DNA of 64,000 nt from Hydrogenophaga sp. (GTDB lineage: Bacteria; Pseudomonadota; Gammaproteobacteria; Burkholderiales; Burkholderiaceae_C): the NCBI RefSeq assembly GCF_050250835.1, contig NZ_JBFWNX010000019.1, positions 6,549 through 70,548 of the forward strand. Reading direction: 5' to 3'. Below the pieces are notes generated by a model, which was not told the DNA's origin, did no database searches, and saw only the letters and a program-made list of their open reading frames with translations. Both the position numbers and the translations under genes were made by a program. Positions 8,944-18,119 of this stretch are shown in pieces. Positions within the stretch are counted from its first letter, which is position 1; every line of letters starts with the position of its first letter.

Positions 8944-9423
8944 ATGAAAACCGTACTCTCTGCCGTGGTCATTGCCCTGTCCACACTGGCCGCCGGCCAG
9001 GCCCTCGCTGCCGACCCTGCAGCGCCCAAAACCCGCGCCGAAGTGCAGGCCGAGCTGGCTGAGGCCATTCGCAATGGCGACATGATGGCGAACGGCGAGT
9101 CTGGCGCCACTTACAGGCAGCTCTACCCCAGTCGCTACCCGCAACAGACTGCCACGATCGGCAAGACCCGGTCCGAGGTGCAGGCTGAACTGGTCGAAGC
9201 CATTCGCAATGGCGACATCATGGCGAACACCGAAAGCGGCGCCACCCTGCGGCAGCTCTATCCGAGCCGATATCCCCAGCAGCCTGCATCGCTCGGCAAG
9301 ACCCGCGCTGAAGTGAAGGCCGAACTGGCCGAGGCCGTCCGCAACGGTCACACGATCGCCGACGGCGAAAACGGTTCCAGCTTCAACCAGATCTATTCGG
9401 GTCGCTACGGACGGCGTTCCTGA
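8944..9423 (+). CDS. Secreted DUF4148-repeat protein (3 repeats)
   Basis: Signal peptide; KTRAEVQAELAEAIRNG-type repeats. Confidence 0.8.
   Translation: MKTVLSAVVIALSTLAAGQALAADPAAPKTRAEVQAELAEAIRNGDMMANGESGATYRQLYPSRYPQQTATIGKTRSEVQAELVEAIRNGDIMANTESGATLRQLYPSRYPQQPASLGKTRAEVKAELAEAVRNGHTIADGENGSSFNQIYSGRYGRRS
9028..9411 (+). repeat. Intragenic tandem repeat, 135-bp (45-aa) period
   Basis: Units begin at 9028, 9163 and 9298. Confidence 0.8.
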
Positions 9424-9606
9424 CTCAGGCCTTCGCCGTGAATCCATGCTCGTCACGCGGGTCAAGTCATGACAGCTCTGCACCCGCCCACGATAGCGGC
9501 CATGCATTGAACGGTGCGCCGTGCACCCGTGGCAGGGTCGCCCTGCATCACAGCGCTTCCGGCCGCGGTTGGAAGCGTTTTTTTCTGGATAGGGTCCGGG
9601 GGGAAC

Positions 9607-9634
9607 TGTAAGACGCGAGACTGCTAGAGCGACT
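9607..9634 (+). promoter_or_regulatory. ECF promoter variant A (TGTAAG-N17-CGACT), putative autoregulatory promoter of ECF sigma 1
   Basis: TGTAAG 9607-9612, CGACT 9630-9634. Confidence 0.8.
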
Positions 9635-9696
9635 GTGTGGGACCACCACCTGCCTTGTTCCAGCGACGGCGTACTTCAACCCAGGAGACCAAGACC

Positions 9697-10308
9697 ATGG
9701 ACACCGCTACGGGCCTTCATGCAAACCAACCCAGCACCCCCTCCACACCGCCGGGCGATCCGTGGACACCGCTGCGCCAGCGTCTGGTCCGGCACGCGCG
9801 CCTGCTGGTGCACGAGCCAGCGCTGGCCGAAGACCTGGCGCAGGAGACCCTGATGAGCGTGCTGGAGAGTCCGCAAGCCCACCGCGGCGATGCCTCGCTC
9901 ACCACCTGGGCCACCGCCATCCTGAAGAACAAAATTGCCGACTGGTACCGCTCGCCCCACCAGCGCCGCCGGGTCTACAACGCCAGCGACGAAGAGGAAG
10001 CCGACCCCGCCGAAGGACAGTTCAACGAACAGGGCGGGTACCTGGAGCCGGTTCCCGCCTGGCAACAGCCCGAAGGCCGGGAGGCGCAGCGTCAGATCAT
10101 GTCCAGCCTGGAGGCCTGCTTGCGCCATCTGCCACCGCAGACCGGACGCGTGTTCATGATGCGCGAATGGCTGGGATTCGAAACCTCCGAAATCTGCGAA
10201 CGGCTGGGGCTGACTGCTGACAACTGCCGCATGGTGCTGCACCGCGCACGCATGGGCCTGCGCCAATGCATGACATCCCATGGCCACACTGTCCGGAGCG
10301 CCACATGA
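9697..10308 (+). CDS. ECF sigma factor 1 (TIGR02943-like)
   Basis: AEDLAQETL, TWATAILKNKIAD, VFMMREWLG.ETSEIC..L.....N..M.LHRAR. Confidence 0.9.
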   Translation: MDTATGLHANQPSTPSTPPGDPWTPLRQRLVRHARLLVHEPALAEDLAQETLMSVLESPQAHRGDASLTTWATAILKNKIADWYRSPHQRRRVYNASDEEEADPAEGQFNEQGGYLEPVPAWQQPEGREAQRQIMSSLEACLRHLPPQTGRVFMMREWLGFETSEICERLGLTADNCRMVLHRARMGLRQCMTSHGHTVRSAT

Positions 10309-10535
10309 ACATTTTTCACTCCTGTGAGCGGGCGGCAGAACTCATGTCCCAGGCACTGGACGAACCCCTGGACCTGGCCGACCAGATGCGGCTGCGCATC
10401 CACCTCAAGATGTGCGGCAACTGCCAGGAGGTGGAGAAGCAGATGGCCACGCTTCACGCGCTGGCACCTCAGCTGGGGCTGCTCGATCTGGACATGAGCG
10501 ACGAACGCGAGCCGCCCGTGTCGAACACACCTTGA
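10305..10535 (+). CDS. zf-HC2 (ZAS) anti-sigma factor 1
   Basis: ATGA overlap with the sigma stop; C...HLKMCGNC. Confidence 0.85.
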   Translation: MNIFHSCERAAELMSQALDEPLDLADQMRLRIHLKMCGNCQEVEKQMATLHALAPQLGLLDLDMSDEREPPVSNTP

Positions 10536-10536
10536 G

Positions 10537-11358
10537 TCAGACTGGCTGCGCCGTCCACGCACCCGGCGCCATGCCGATCTTGCGCACGAAGGCGCGAGAG
10601 AGTGCGCTGGCACTGCCGTACCCCACTTCCAACGCCACCTGCTTGATGGCCACCCCGCGCGCCAAAAGCCGCTGCGCCGTCAGCACACGCCAGGAGGCCA
10701 GGTAGTCGGCCGGGGTCTGCCCCGTCACTTCGCGAAAGCGCTCGGCAAACCGGGCGCGCGACATGCCAGCGCGGTGCGCCATGCCGGGCAGATCCCACTG
10801 CAGTTGCGGCGATTCGTGCAGGGCCGCGAGCACCGGACCGATCCGTGCGTCCGCCAGCCCCGCCAGCGTGCCGCCCTGCGTCAGACCCTGGGCCATGCAG
10901 TGGCGCAGCAGACGGACCATCAGCACCTCGCACAGTCGGTCCAGCACCCCTTGGCGACCGGGGTGTTCGTGGAACGCCTCGTCGAACATCAGGTCCAGCA
11001 AAGCGTCCACCCCGGGCAACTGGCTCAGAGACACCATGACCAGATCCGGCAAGGAGGCGGTGATCGGGTTGATGCCAGAGCCACCGAACTGCACCGTGGC
11101 ACACACCACGTCCGCTCCGGCCCCGTCGTCGGCCACCAGGCGGTGCTGGTCGGGTCGCGGCAGGAACATCAGCGTGGGCTCGGTCACCGCAAACCGACGT
11201 CGTGTCACGCCCCGCACCTGCACGTCGCCGCTGCGGATCAGGTGCAGGTGCCCGCGCTGGGTGTCGCGCTCGAAATCGTGAATGCCACAGATGTTGCCGG
11301 TGTAGAAAACACCCGCGTGCAGGGAAAAGCTTTGGAGCAGGCTGGCCAGAGGATCCAT
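10537..11358 (-). CDS. AraC-family regulator with N-terminal cupin
   Basis: MDPLASLL, GHLHLI cupin, C-terminal double HTH GMSRARFA...VGYGSASALSRAF. Confidence 0.9.
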   Translation of the reverse strand: MDPLASLLQSFSLHAGVFYTGNICGIHDFERDTQRGHLHLIRSGDVQVRGVTRRRFAVTEPTLMFLPRPDQHRLVADDGAGADVVCATVQFGGSGINPITASLPDLVMVSLSQLPGVDALLDLMFDEAFHEHPGRQGVLDRLCEVLMVRLLRHCMAQGLTQGGTLAGLADARIGPVLAALHESPQLQWDLPGMAHRAGMSRARFAERFREVTGQTPADYLASWRVLTAQRLLARGVAIKQVALEVGYGSASALSRAFVRKIGMAPGAWTAQPV

Positions 11359-11426
11359 GTTCAGATGGTACGTCCGGTCAATCAACCATCAACATCAGGC
11401 ACCATTCGTATCCATTGCGGGTCAAG

Positions 11427-11996
11427 TCAAGTGCCATCTGGCGCCTGGGATGCTGCATCCAGGAAGGCCAACAAGGGCGCATAGCCCGTGTCCTTGAGGC
11501 CCTGCCCGCGGGCGACAAACACCTCGGGCGAACCCTTCACCCCATGCCCTTCCAGCAGCCGGTTCATGAAGTTGAACAGGCACACTGTGAGCACGGCATC
11601 GTGCAGGGCGGCTTCGCTCCAACCGGCGGCAAACACTGCCTGCGCATCGGCTTCGGTCATGCGCGAGGGCTCCAGCGTGAGCTTGCGCGCGTAGCGCAGC
11701 AGCGGCTTGAGCCGCTCGTCCACGTCGGCGCTGTCAATGTCGGTCAGCAGACGCTCCAGCACCCCGGCTTCCAGCCCGAACGCCCTGGCCGTCTCGGCGT
11801 GCACGCCAAAACAGTACTGGCAGGCATTGAGTCCGGAGACGTAAGCGGCGATCAGTTCTTTGTGGCGCGGCTCCAGCAGCCCCTCGTTGCGCAACGCGGC
11901 GGTGTGGAACTCGACCAGGGCCCGGCCCGCTCTCGGATTGAGCGTCAGGATGTGGCGAACGCCCGCGTCCTCGGGCAGTGATTTGAAGAAGCTCAT
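11427..11996 (-). CDS. Second CMD/AhpD-like peroxidase-related protein
   Basis: ELIAAYVSGLNACQYCFGVH, FNFMNRL. Confidence 0.85.
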   Translation of the reverse strand: MSFFKSLPEDAGVRHILTLNPRAGRALVEFHTAALRNEGLLEPRHKELIAAYVSGLNACQYCFGVHAETARAFGLEAGVLERLLTDIDSADVDERLKPLLRYARKLTLEPSRMTEADAQAVFAAGWSEAALHDAVLTVCLFNFMNRLLEGHGVKGSPEVFVARGQGLKDTGYAPLLAFLDAASQAPDGT

Positions 11997-12229
11997 GGGT
12001 GCTTGCTTTCGTGGTTCTGGGTGTTTGCGGTGCCAGGTTCTTCGATCACCTCGTCCAGGCGCTCTGAATAGGCCTTCATGGCCTTGCGTAGAAAAGGCAC
12101 CTGCAAGCTGAAGTTCTTGCAGCCGTCGCACATCATCAGGTGCAGGTTGAGCGACATCTTCTCGACAACCGAGAGCTTGCGCTCCTGGGATTCGGACACC
12201 AGGCGGGTCACTTCGCGGCAATTCAGCAT
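11993..12229 (-). CDS. zf-HC2 anti-sigma factor 2
   Basis: MLNCREVT...HLMMCDGC. Confidence 0.85.
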   Translation of the reverse strand: MLNCREVTRLVSESQERKLSVVEKMSLNLHLMMCDGCKNFSLQVPFLRKAMKAYSERLDEVIEEPGTANTQNHESKHP

Positions 12230-12861
12230 GTTGCACCTCCCCGGGCAAACCAGCGGTCTTCCAGACACTCCCGCAGACGCAGGCGCGCACGGTGCAGCAT
12301 CACATTGAGGTTGGTCGGGGTGATGCCCACCTCGCTGCAGATCTCGCGCGACTCCAGGCCCACGTATTCACGCATCATGAACACCTTGGCTTGTTGGCCT
12401 GGCAGCCCCTCCAGGCACAGCTCGAACACCTTCCAGAACTGCTTGTCGTGCAGGGTTTCGGTCGGATTGCCCCAGGTCGCGGGGCGCTCGTCTGCCTCCC
12501 ACATGCCCCGGCCATTGAACAGCTCGGAGAGGTCGGCCTCTTCGTCGGCATCGCCCACCGGCTGGTGGATCGAAACCTCGCGCTGCCGCTGGCGCAGCCG
12601 CAGGATGTCGGTGATCTTGTTCTTCAGGATAGCGAAAACCCAGGTCTTGAGACTGGCCTTGCCAGCGTAGGCCGCGGTGTTCCTGAAAGCACCCATCAGG
12701 GCCTCCTGCACCGCGTCTTCGGCCAGTTGCGGGTCCCCCAGCTGAAGAGAAGCGAACTTGACCATCTTGCCCCGCAGCGCGCTCAGCTCGGCCGGATCAA
12801 TCTCCTGAGCCTGAGACGCGCCGTCCTGCACATCGGCTGCCTTTGTCTTGCTGGCGCTCAT
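12223..12861 (-). CDS. ECF sigma factor 2 (TIGR02943-like)
   Basis: AEDAVQEAL, TWVFAILKNKITD, VFMMREYVGLESREIC, LHRARLRLRECL. Confidence 0.9.
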   Translation of the reverse strand: MSASKTKAADVQDGASQAQEIDPAELSALRGKMVKFASLQLGDPQLAEDAVQEALMGAFRNTAAYAGKASLKTWVFAILKNKITDILRLRQRQREVSIHQPVGDADEEADLSELFNGRGMWEADERPATWGNPTETLHDKQFWKVFELCLEGLPGQQAKVFMMREYVGLESREICSEVGITPTNLNVMLHRARLRLRECLEDRWFARGGATC

Positions 12862-13094
12862 GGTGCAGCCTTGTTCGACAGTTGATTGCGCGCTGCGCTG
12901 TAACTGGACACCGCGTAGGGCACCAGGAAATTCAGTAACACGTGTCCCCAGGCGATGGGTCCGCCCGAGAAAAACGCCTCGCCCTGGTTGATCAGGTTGA
13001 GCACACAGCCCACGACCAGCGAAACACGCAGCGCGCCCACCACGATGGGCCGTGAAAACACCGTGCCTAAAAACCTTTGCATCAACGGCTCCAT
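12858..13094 (-). CDS. NrtS-like small membrane protein (start 13094 or 13082)
   Basis: ALRVSLVVGCVLNLINQG and NFLVPYAVSSY motifs; stop overlaps the sigma 2 start. Confidence 0.7.
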   Translation of the reverse strand: MEPLMQRFLGTVFSRPIVVGALRVSLVVGCVLNLINQGEAFFSGGPIAWGHVLLNFLVPYAVSSYSAARNQLSNKAAP

Positions 13095-13244
13095 ATGTAG
13101 GGTGGTGTCTGACGCCCTGTACAGGCGCGCAGACGCTGGCCGCGATTCTCGTACAGAACGCCCGGCGTCCGGGCGCAGCGCACAGCGGCGTCCACCGAAA
13201 TAGCTTGCAACCCATACCCGAACTCCATGTGTGTTGACAGACTT

Positions 13245-13272
13245 GGTCGCCGAGCGCGCGTTATTCATTACA
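13245..13272 (-). promoter_or_regulatory. ECF promoter variant B (TGTAAT-N17-CGACC) for nrtS-sigma2-antisigma2-CMD
   Basis: Plus strand GGTCG 13245-13249, ATTACA 13267-13272. Confidence 0.75.
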
Positions 13273-13341
13273 CGGTTCAGCCGTCTCCCATCACCAAGTC
13301 TCATCACCCGTGTGCGCTGAAAGAAAACTTCGGCGACTCGG

Positions 13342-13369
13342 TGTAAGGATCGCCCAAACGGAGGCGACT
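13342..13369 (+). promoter_or_regulatory. ECF promoter variant A (TGTAAG-N17-CGACT) for bufABCD
   Basis: TGTAAG 13342-13347, CGACT 13365-13369. Confidence 0.8.
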
Positions 13370-13434
13370 ACATCCCTGCAAGCTCATCTTGTGGGCGAGC
13401 ACCTTCCAACCTCAATCCCTTTCAGGAGAACACC

Positions 13435-13755
13435 ATGAGCTACAGCATCACCCGCCGCAACGCCGCCCAGATCGCCTCGGGCGCAGCCCTTGCCCTCGCC
13501 ATGGGCGCCGCCCTCACGCTGGCCGCCAGCCCGGCCGTCGCCCAGAGCGCCGACAAGGAGAAGTGCTTCGGCGTCGCCCTCAAAGGCAAGAACGACTGCG
13601 CTGCCGGCCCCGGCACCACCTGCGCCGGAACATCCAAGGTGGACTACCAGGGCAACGCCTGGTCGCTGGTGCCCAAGGGCAGCTGCGAGAAGACCGCATC
13701 GCCCAAGTCGCCCACCGGGTTCGGCCAGCTCAAGGAATTCAAAGAGAAGGCCTGA
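13435..13755 (+). CDS. bufA: Bufferin precursor (DUF2282/BufA1)
   Basis: Sec signal; [19 protein letters not shown]...W...GSC four-Cys pattern. Confidence 0.9.
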   Translation: MSYSITRRNAAQIASGAALALAMGAALTLAASPAVAQSADKEKCFGVALKGKNDCAAGPGTTCAGTSKVDYQGNAWSLVPKGSCEKTASPKSPTGFGQLKEFKEKA

Positions 13756-13799
13756 TCGCTTCGCGTGAACGACGGACACCAGAACCAGGAGCCGACGCC

Positions 13800-14774
13800 A
13801 TGAGCCACCGCGCTGCCTCGACCACCGCCTGCGTTCCGCCGATCACGCTGACGGACCACAGCCCACCCGATCGCTGGCCCCTGCCGCATCGGGCGGGGCT
13901 GGGCCTCAAGCCCGAACATTTCACGCACATTCACGAGCACCAGCCCGATGTCGGCTTCTTCGAGGTGCATGCGGAAAACTACCTCGTGGCCGGTGGCCCG
14001 CTGCTGCAACACCTCACCCGCATTCGTGAAAGCTATCCACTGAGCATCCACGGCGTGGGCCTGTCCATCGGCGGCGAAGACCCGCTCGATACCACCCACC
14101 TGGACGCCGTGGCCTGCCTGCTGGAGCGCTTCCAGCCCGCCGTTTTCTCCGAACACCTTGCTTGGTCCAGCCACGGCGGCGTGTTCTTCAACGACCTGCT
14201 GCCCCTGCCCTACAACCTGCCCACGCTGCAACGCGTGTGCGAACACATCGACCAGGTGCAAAGCCGCCTCGGGCGCGCCCTGCTGCTGGAGAACCCGTCC
14301 ACCTACGTCGAGTTCATCAGCTCGACCTGGAGCGAAGGCGACTTCCTGCGCGAAGTGATCCACCGCACCGGCTGCGGCCTGCTGCTCGATGTCAACAACG
14401 TGTATGTCTCCAGCGTCAACCACGGGCGCGACCCCCGACGCAGCCTGTGCGAACTGCCCTGCCATGCCGCGGGCGAAATCCACCTCGCGGGGTTTGCCGA
14501 AGACCTCGACGCCGCCGGCGACCGCCTGCTGATTGACACCCACGGCACGCCGGTGGCCGAGGCGGTCTGGGCCCTGTACGACGCCGCGCTGGCGATCACT
14601 GGACCGTTGCCGACATTGATCGAGCGAGACAACGATCTCCCTTCCTTCGAGGTGCTGCGTCAGGAGGCTCGCTTGGCCGACATGCACTTGTCGGCCATCG
14701 CCCCCGCCACCGGCCGCGCCAAACCTTGCCCCCGGACCAAAACCCGCTACGCGGCGGCACAGGAGGTTGCATGA
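13800..14774 (+). CDS. bufB: DUF692 multinuclear non-heme iron oxidase (MNIO)
   Basis: [60 protein letters not shown]. Confidence 0.92.
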   Translation: MSHRAASTTACVPPITLTDHSPPDRWPLPHRAGLGLKPEHFTHIHEHQPDVGFFEVHAENYLVAGGPLLQHLTRIRESYPLSIHGVGLSIGGEDPLDTTHLDAVACLLERFQPAVFSEHLAWSSHGGVFFNDLLPLPYNLPTLQRVCEHIDQVQSRLGRALLLENPSTYVEFISSTWSEGDFLREVIHRTGCGLLLDVNNVYVSSVNHGRDPRRSLCELPCHAAGEIHLAGFAEDLDAAGDRLLIDTHGTPVAEAVWALYDAALAITGPLPTLIERDNDLPSFEVLRQEARLADMHLSAIAPATGRAKPCPRTKTRYAAAQEVA

Positions 14775-15541
14775 GCGTGCAACACACCTGGGCGCAGTCC
14801 CTGCTGGATCCCTCGCAATCACCACCCGCAGGCCTCACCACCTGGAACCACAGCGATCCCTCCAAGCGCTTGGCGGTGTACCGCAACAACGTGCTGGTCT
14901 CGCTGGTGGACGCGCTGGCCCACACCTTCCCGGTGACGCAAGAACTGGTGGGAGAAGACTTCTTCCGCGCCATGGCCCAGGTCTTTGTGCGCGCCCACCC
15001 GCCCCGCACCCGCGTGCTCGCGCACTACGGCCAGGCGCTGCCGGGGTTCATCGCCCAGTTTCCGCCCGCCACCGGTCTGCCCTACCTGGCCGATGTGGCA
15101 CAACTCGAATGGCAACGCCTGCAGGCCCTGCATGCGGCCGACGCCAGCGCCATGGAGCCCGCCGCCATCGCCATGCTGCTGGGTGACGCCGCGAGCTTGC
15201 CTCAGGTGCATTGGCAACCGCATCCGAGCCTGCACCTGCTGCGCTCGCCTCATGCGGCCGTCTCGCTCTGGGCTGCCCACCAGGCCGACAGCGGCCTGGC
15301 GCTGGAACACATTGACACCACACGGGCCGAATCGGCCCTGGTGTTTCGCAGCGTGCTGAACGTGATGGTGCTGCAGGCCGATGCCGGCTTGGCCGCCCTG
15401 ACAGCCGGCCTGCTTGACAACGCCCCCTTCGGCGCAGCCATCGCCCAGGCCTTGAGCGCCGACCCCGCTTTCGACCCCGCGCAGGCCATGGCCGTGCTGA
15501 TCCGCCACGGGTTGCTGGTCGGCGCCCGGCACCCGCACTGA
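14771..15541 (+). CDS. bufC: DUF2063 (HvfC/BufC) MNIO partner protein
   Basis: [11 protein letters not shown]...[15 protein letters not shown]. Confidence 0.88.
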   Translation: MSVQHTWAQSLLDPSQSPPAGLTTWNHSDPSKRLAVYRNNVLVSLVDALAHTFPVTQELVGEDFFRAMAQVFVRAHPPRTRVLAHYGQALPGFIAQFPPATGLPYLADVAQLEWQRLQALHAADASAMEPAAIAMLLGDAASLPQVHWQPHPSLHLLRSPHAAVSLWAAHQADSGLALEHIDTTRAESALVFRSVLNVMVLQADAGLAALTAGLLDNAPFGAAIAQALSADPAFDPAQAMAVLIRHGLLVGARHPH

Positions 15542-15607
15542 ACACCGGCACAGACCCCGTTTCGCCACTCACAACCTCTTTCAGCCACAACAACCCAGGA
15601 GACCGCC

Positions 15608-16138
15608 ATGAACACCCTCACCACTTCCCAAGGTACCGACACCAACGGCCTGATGTCGCGCCTGAGCGCGCTGCTGCGCACCGTGCACGGCATGATGGGC
15701 CACCTGCCCAACACGCTGCTGGCCTTCATCGCCCGCTTCTCCATCGCCGCCGTGTTCTGGAAATCGGGCCAGACCAAGATCGAAGGCCTGGCCATCGACA
15801 TCGTCAGCGGCGAGTTCACGCTGGGCATGCCCCGACTGTCCGACAACGCCGTGTTCCTGTTCAAGGAAGAATACAAATTGCCCATCCTGTCGCCAGAACT
15901 GGGCGCGACGATGGCCGCGCTGGGCGAACACATCCTGCCCATCTTCATCCTGCTCGGCCTGGCCACCCGCCTGTCGGCGCTGGGCCTGCTGGGCATGACG
16001 ATGGTGATCCAGCTCTTCGTCTACCCCGACGCCTACGCCACCCACGGCACCTGGGCCGCCGTGTTGCTCTACCTCATGGTCCACGGCCCGGGCAAGCTGT
16101 CGATCGACGCCTGGATTGCCAAGCGCTGCGCCGGCTGA
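15608..16138 (+). CDS. bufD: DoxX-family membrane protein
   Basis: FWKSGQTK, LFKEEY, GLATRLSAL, HGPGKLSID. Confidence 0.88.
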   Translation: MNTLTTSQGTDTNGLMSRLSALLRTVHGMMGHLPNTLLAFIARFSIAAVFWKSGQTKIEGLAIDIVSGEFTLGMPRLSDNAVFLFKEEYKLPILSPELGATMAALGEHILPIFILLGLATRLSALGLLGMTMVIQLFVYPDAYATHGTWAAVLLYLMVHGPGKLSIDAWIAKRCAG

Positions 16139-16163
16139 CCCGACCAACAAGCCGGAGCCGATC

Positions 16164-16964
16164 ATGGGCACGGTGTCTGGCTGGTTCGGCTCGCAACTGG
16201 CCCGTTACCTCTCCGCCGAGGTGCACCAGCATGGCAGCGCGCCGCCCACCCGGGCGGACCGGCTGCTGGCGACCCTGCAACCGGGCGATGTGCTGCTGGT
16301 GGAGGGCCACAGCCGCTTCAGCACCGCCATCAAATACCTCACACAATCGACCTGGTCGCACGCGGCCTTGTACGTGGGCAGCGAGGCACTGGTCGGCACC
16401 GGCGCCCCACCCGGACATTGTTTCGTGGAAGCCGATGTGAGTGACGGGGTGCGCACGGTGGGGGCCGCGCTGTTTGAGGCCTATCACACCCGCATCTGCC
16501 GACCGGTCGAACTGCGGGCCGAAGAGATCACACAGGTCGTGGGCTACGTGATTGCGCGTCTGGGCCACCAGTACGACCTGCGCAACGTGTGGGACCTCGC
16601 CCGCTACCTGTTGCCCACGCCACCCGTGCCACAGCGCTTTCGCCGACGCATGCTGTCGCTGGGCAGCGGCGACCCGACCCGCGCCATCTGCTCGACCCTG
16701 ATCGCCCAGGCCTTCCAGTCGATCCGCTACCCCATCCTGCCGCTGGTCAGCACCACCAGCCGCGACAGCCCGGACTGCCCCGCCTGCGTGGAAGAGATCC
16801 TGCAGCTGCGCCACCACAGCCTGTTTGCGCCCCGGGACTTCGACGTGTCACCCTACTTCGCCGTGGTCAAGCCGACGCTGGCGCAGGGCTTTGACTTTCA
16901 CAGTCTTCAATGGCAACCCGGTGCCGACGAGGTTGGTCCGGTCAGCACGCTGGCCAGTCGGTAA
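16164..16964 (+). CDS. YiiX/YebB-like permuted NlpC/P60 cysteine hydrolase
   Basis: LQPGDVLLVEG, WSHAALYVG (His), LGHQYD, AICSTLIAQAF (Cys). Confidence 0.8.
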   Translation: MGTVSGWFGSQLARYLSAEVHQHGSAPPTRADRLLATLQPGDVLLVEGHSRFSTAIKYLTQSTWSHAALYVGSEALVGTGAPPGHCFVEADVSDGVRTVGAALFEAYHTRICRPVELRAEEITQVVGYVIARLGHQYDLRNVWDLARYLLPTPPVPQRFRRRMLSLGSGDPTRAICSTLIAQAFQSIRYPILPLVSTTSRDSPDCPACVEEILQLRHHSLFAPRDFDVSPYFAVVKPTLAQGFDFHSLQWQPGADEVGPVSTLASR

Positions 16965-16994
16965 ATGTCAACAGCACAAACTGCGTTTCGCTGT

Positions 16995-17408
16995 TCAGGC
17001 CTGCCCGTCCCGGATCGATGCGATCAACGGGCAACGCACACGCCCACGCGTCGATCCGCAGCGCGCCACCAGATCGGCCAGCACCTGCTCGATGCGCTGC
17101 AGGTCTGCGAGACGGGCGCGCACATCGGCCAGCTTGCGCTCGCCCTGTTCGCGTGCCTCGCCACAATGCGATCCATCTTCCAGCTTGAGCAGTTCCGCCA
17201 CCTCGTCCAGGCTGAAACCCAGGCGTTGCGCGGATTTGATGAAGCGCACCCGCGCCAGATCAGCATCGCCGTAGCGCCGAACTCCACCCTGAGGCCGCGC
17301 AGGTTCGGGCATCAGACCTTTGCGTTGGTAGAAGCGGATGGTCTCCAGGTTGACCCCGGCCGCCTCCGCCAGGACGCCGATGGTGAAGACCGGGGAAACA
17401 GCTCGCAT
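16995..17408 (-). CDS. merR: Hg(II)-responsive regulator MerR
   Basis: [23 protein letters not shown]; three Hg-binding Cys (SHC, ARC, RCP). Confidence 0.9.
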   Translation of the reverse strand: MRAVSPVFTIGVLAEAAGVNLETIRFYQRKGLMPEPARPQGGVRRYGDADLARVRFIKSAQRLGFSLDEVAELLKLEDGSHCGEAREQGERKLADVRARLADLQRIEQVLADLVARCGSTRGRVRCPLIASIRDGQA

Positions 17409-17413
17409 GGCAC

Positions 17414-17444
17414 TTGACTCCGTACTTGAGTACAGCCTTAAGCT
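17414..17444 (+). promoter_or_regulatory. mer operator/promoter
   Basis: TTGACT (17414-19), 19-bp spacer with CCGTAC-TTGA-GTAC dyad, TAAGCT (17439-44). Confidence 0.9.
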
Positions 17445-17450
17445 TACGCC

Positions 17451-17822
17451 ATGAATACCGATCACCCCAGCACATCACAAGAAAAGTCCGGCCTGTGGGC
17501 TCTGCTGACCGGAGGCCTCGCGGCCTTGTTCGCATCGGCCTGCTGTCTCGGCCCCTTGGTGCTGATCACCCTCGGCGTCTCCGGTGCCTGGATCAGCCGG
17601 TTGAGCCAGCTCGGGCCGATGCAGCCGGTGTTTCTGGCCGCCGCAGTGGTGGCGCTCGTGCTCGCATGGCGTCGCATCTGGCGCCCTGCCGCGGTTTGCT
17701 TGCCAGGCCAGGTGTGTGCCCGTCCAGCCGTCAAGCGCGTTTACAGGCTGTTGTTTGCCGCGGTGGTCGCCCTGCTCACCATCGCGTTGGTATTCCCGTT
17801 CATCGCCCACTGGTTTTACTGA
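17451..17822 (+). CDS. merT: Mercuric transport protein MerT
   Basis: SACCLGPL, second Cys pair C....VC, 3 TM helices. Confidence 0.88.
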   Translation: MNTDHPSTSQEKSGLWALLTGGLAALFASACCLGPLVLITLGVSGAWISRLSQLGPMQPVFLAAAVVALVLAWRRIWRPAAVCLPGQVCARPAVKRVYRLLFAAVVALLTIALVFPFIAHWFY

Positions 17823-17834
17823 AAGGCCCCTCCA

Positions 17835-18119
17835 ATGACCAAGATTGGGATCACGCTGGTACTGTGCCTGGCGGCAGGACCGGGTATCGCAGCGCCACAA
17901 ACCGTCACCCTGTCCATTCCCACCATGGACTGCCCGGTCTGCCCCATCACCATCAAGAAGGCGCTGACACAGGTCACAGGTGTGAGCCAGGCCCTGGTGA
18001 GCTACGAGCGGCGCGAAGCCACGGTGACGTATGACAACGCACGCACCACGGTTGAAGCGCTGACGCGAGCGACCGCGCAAGCGGGATACCCCTCCACCTT
18101 GTCCGGGCGCCAACCATGA
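17835..18119 (+). CDS. merP: Periplasmic Hg-binding protein MerP
   Basis: Signal peptide; HMA motif MDCPVCPITIKKAL. Confidence 0.85.
   Translation: MTKIGITLVLCLAAGPGIAAPQTVTLSIPTMDCPVCPITIKKALTQVTGVSQALVSYERREATVTYDNARTTVEALTRATAQAGYPSTLSGRQP

Noticed and set aside
9088-9115. CTTACA (-35-like) at 9110-9115
   Set aside because: Inside the DUF4148 CDS and no CGAC at the 17-bp spacing
13311-13338. TGTGCG-N17-CGACT upstream of the bufA promoter
   Set aside because: Only TGT of the -35 matches; could be chance or a relic tandem promoter
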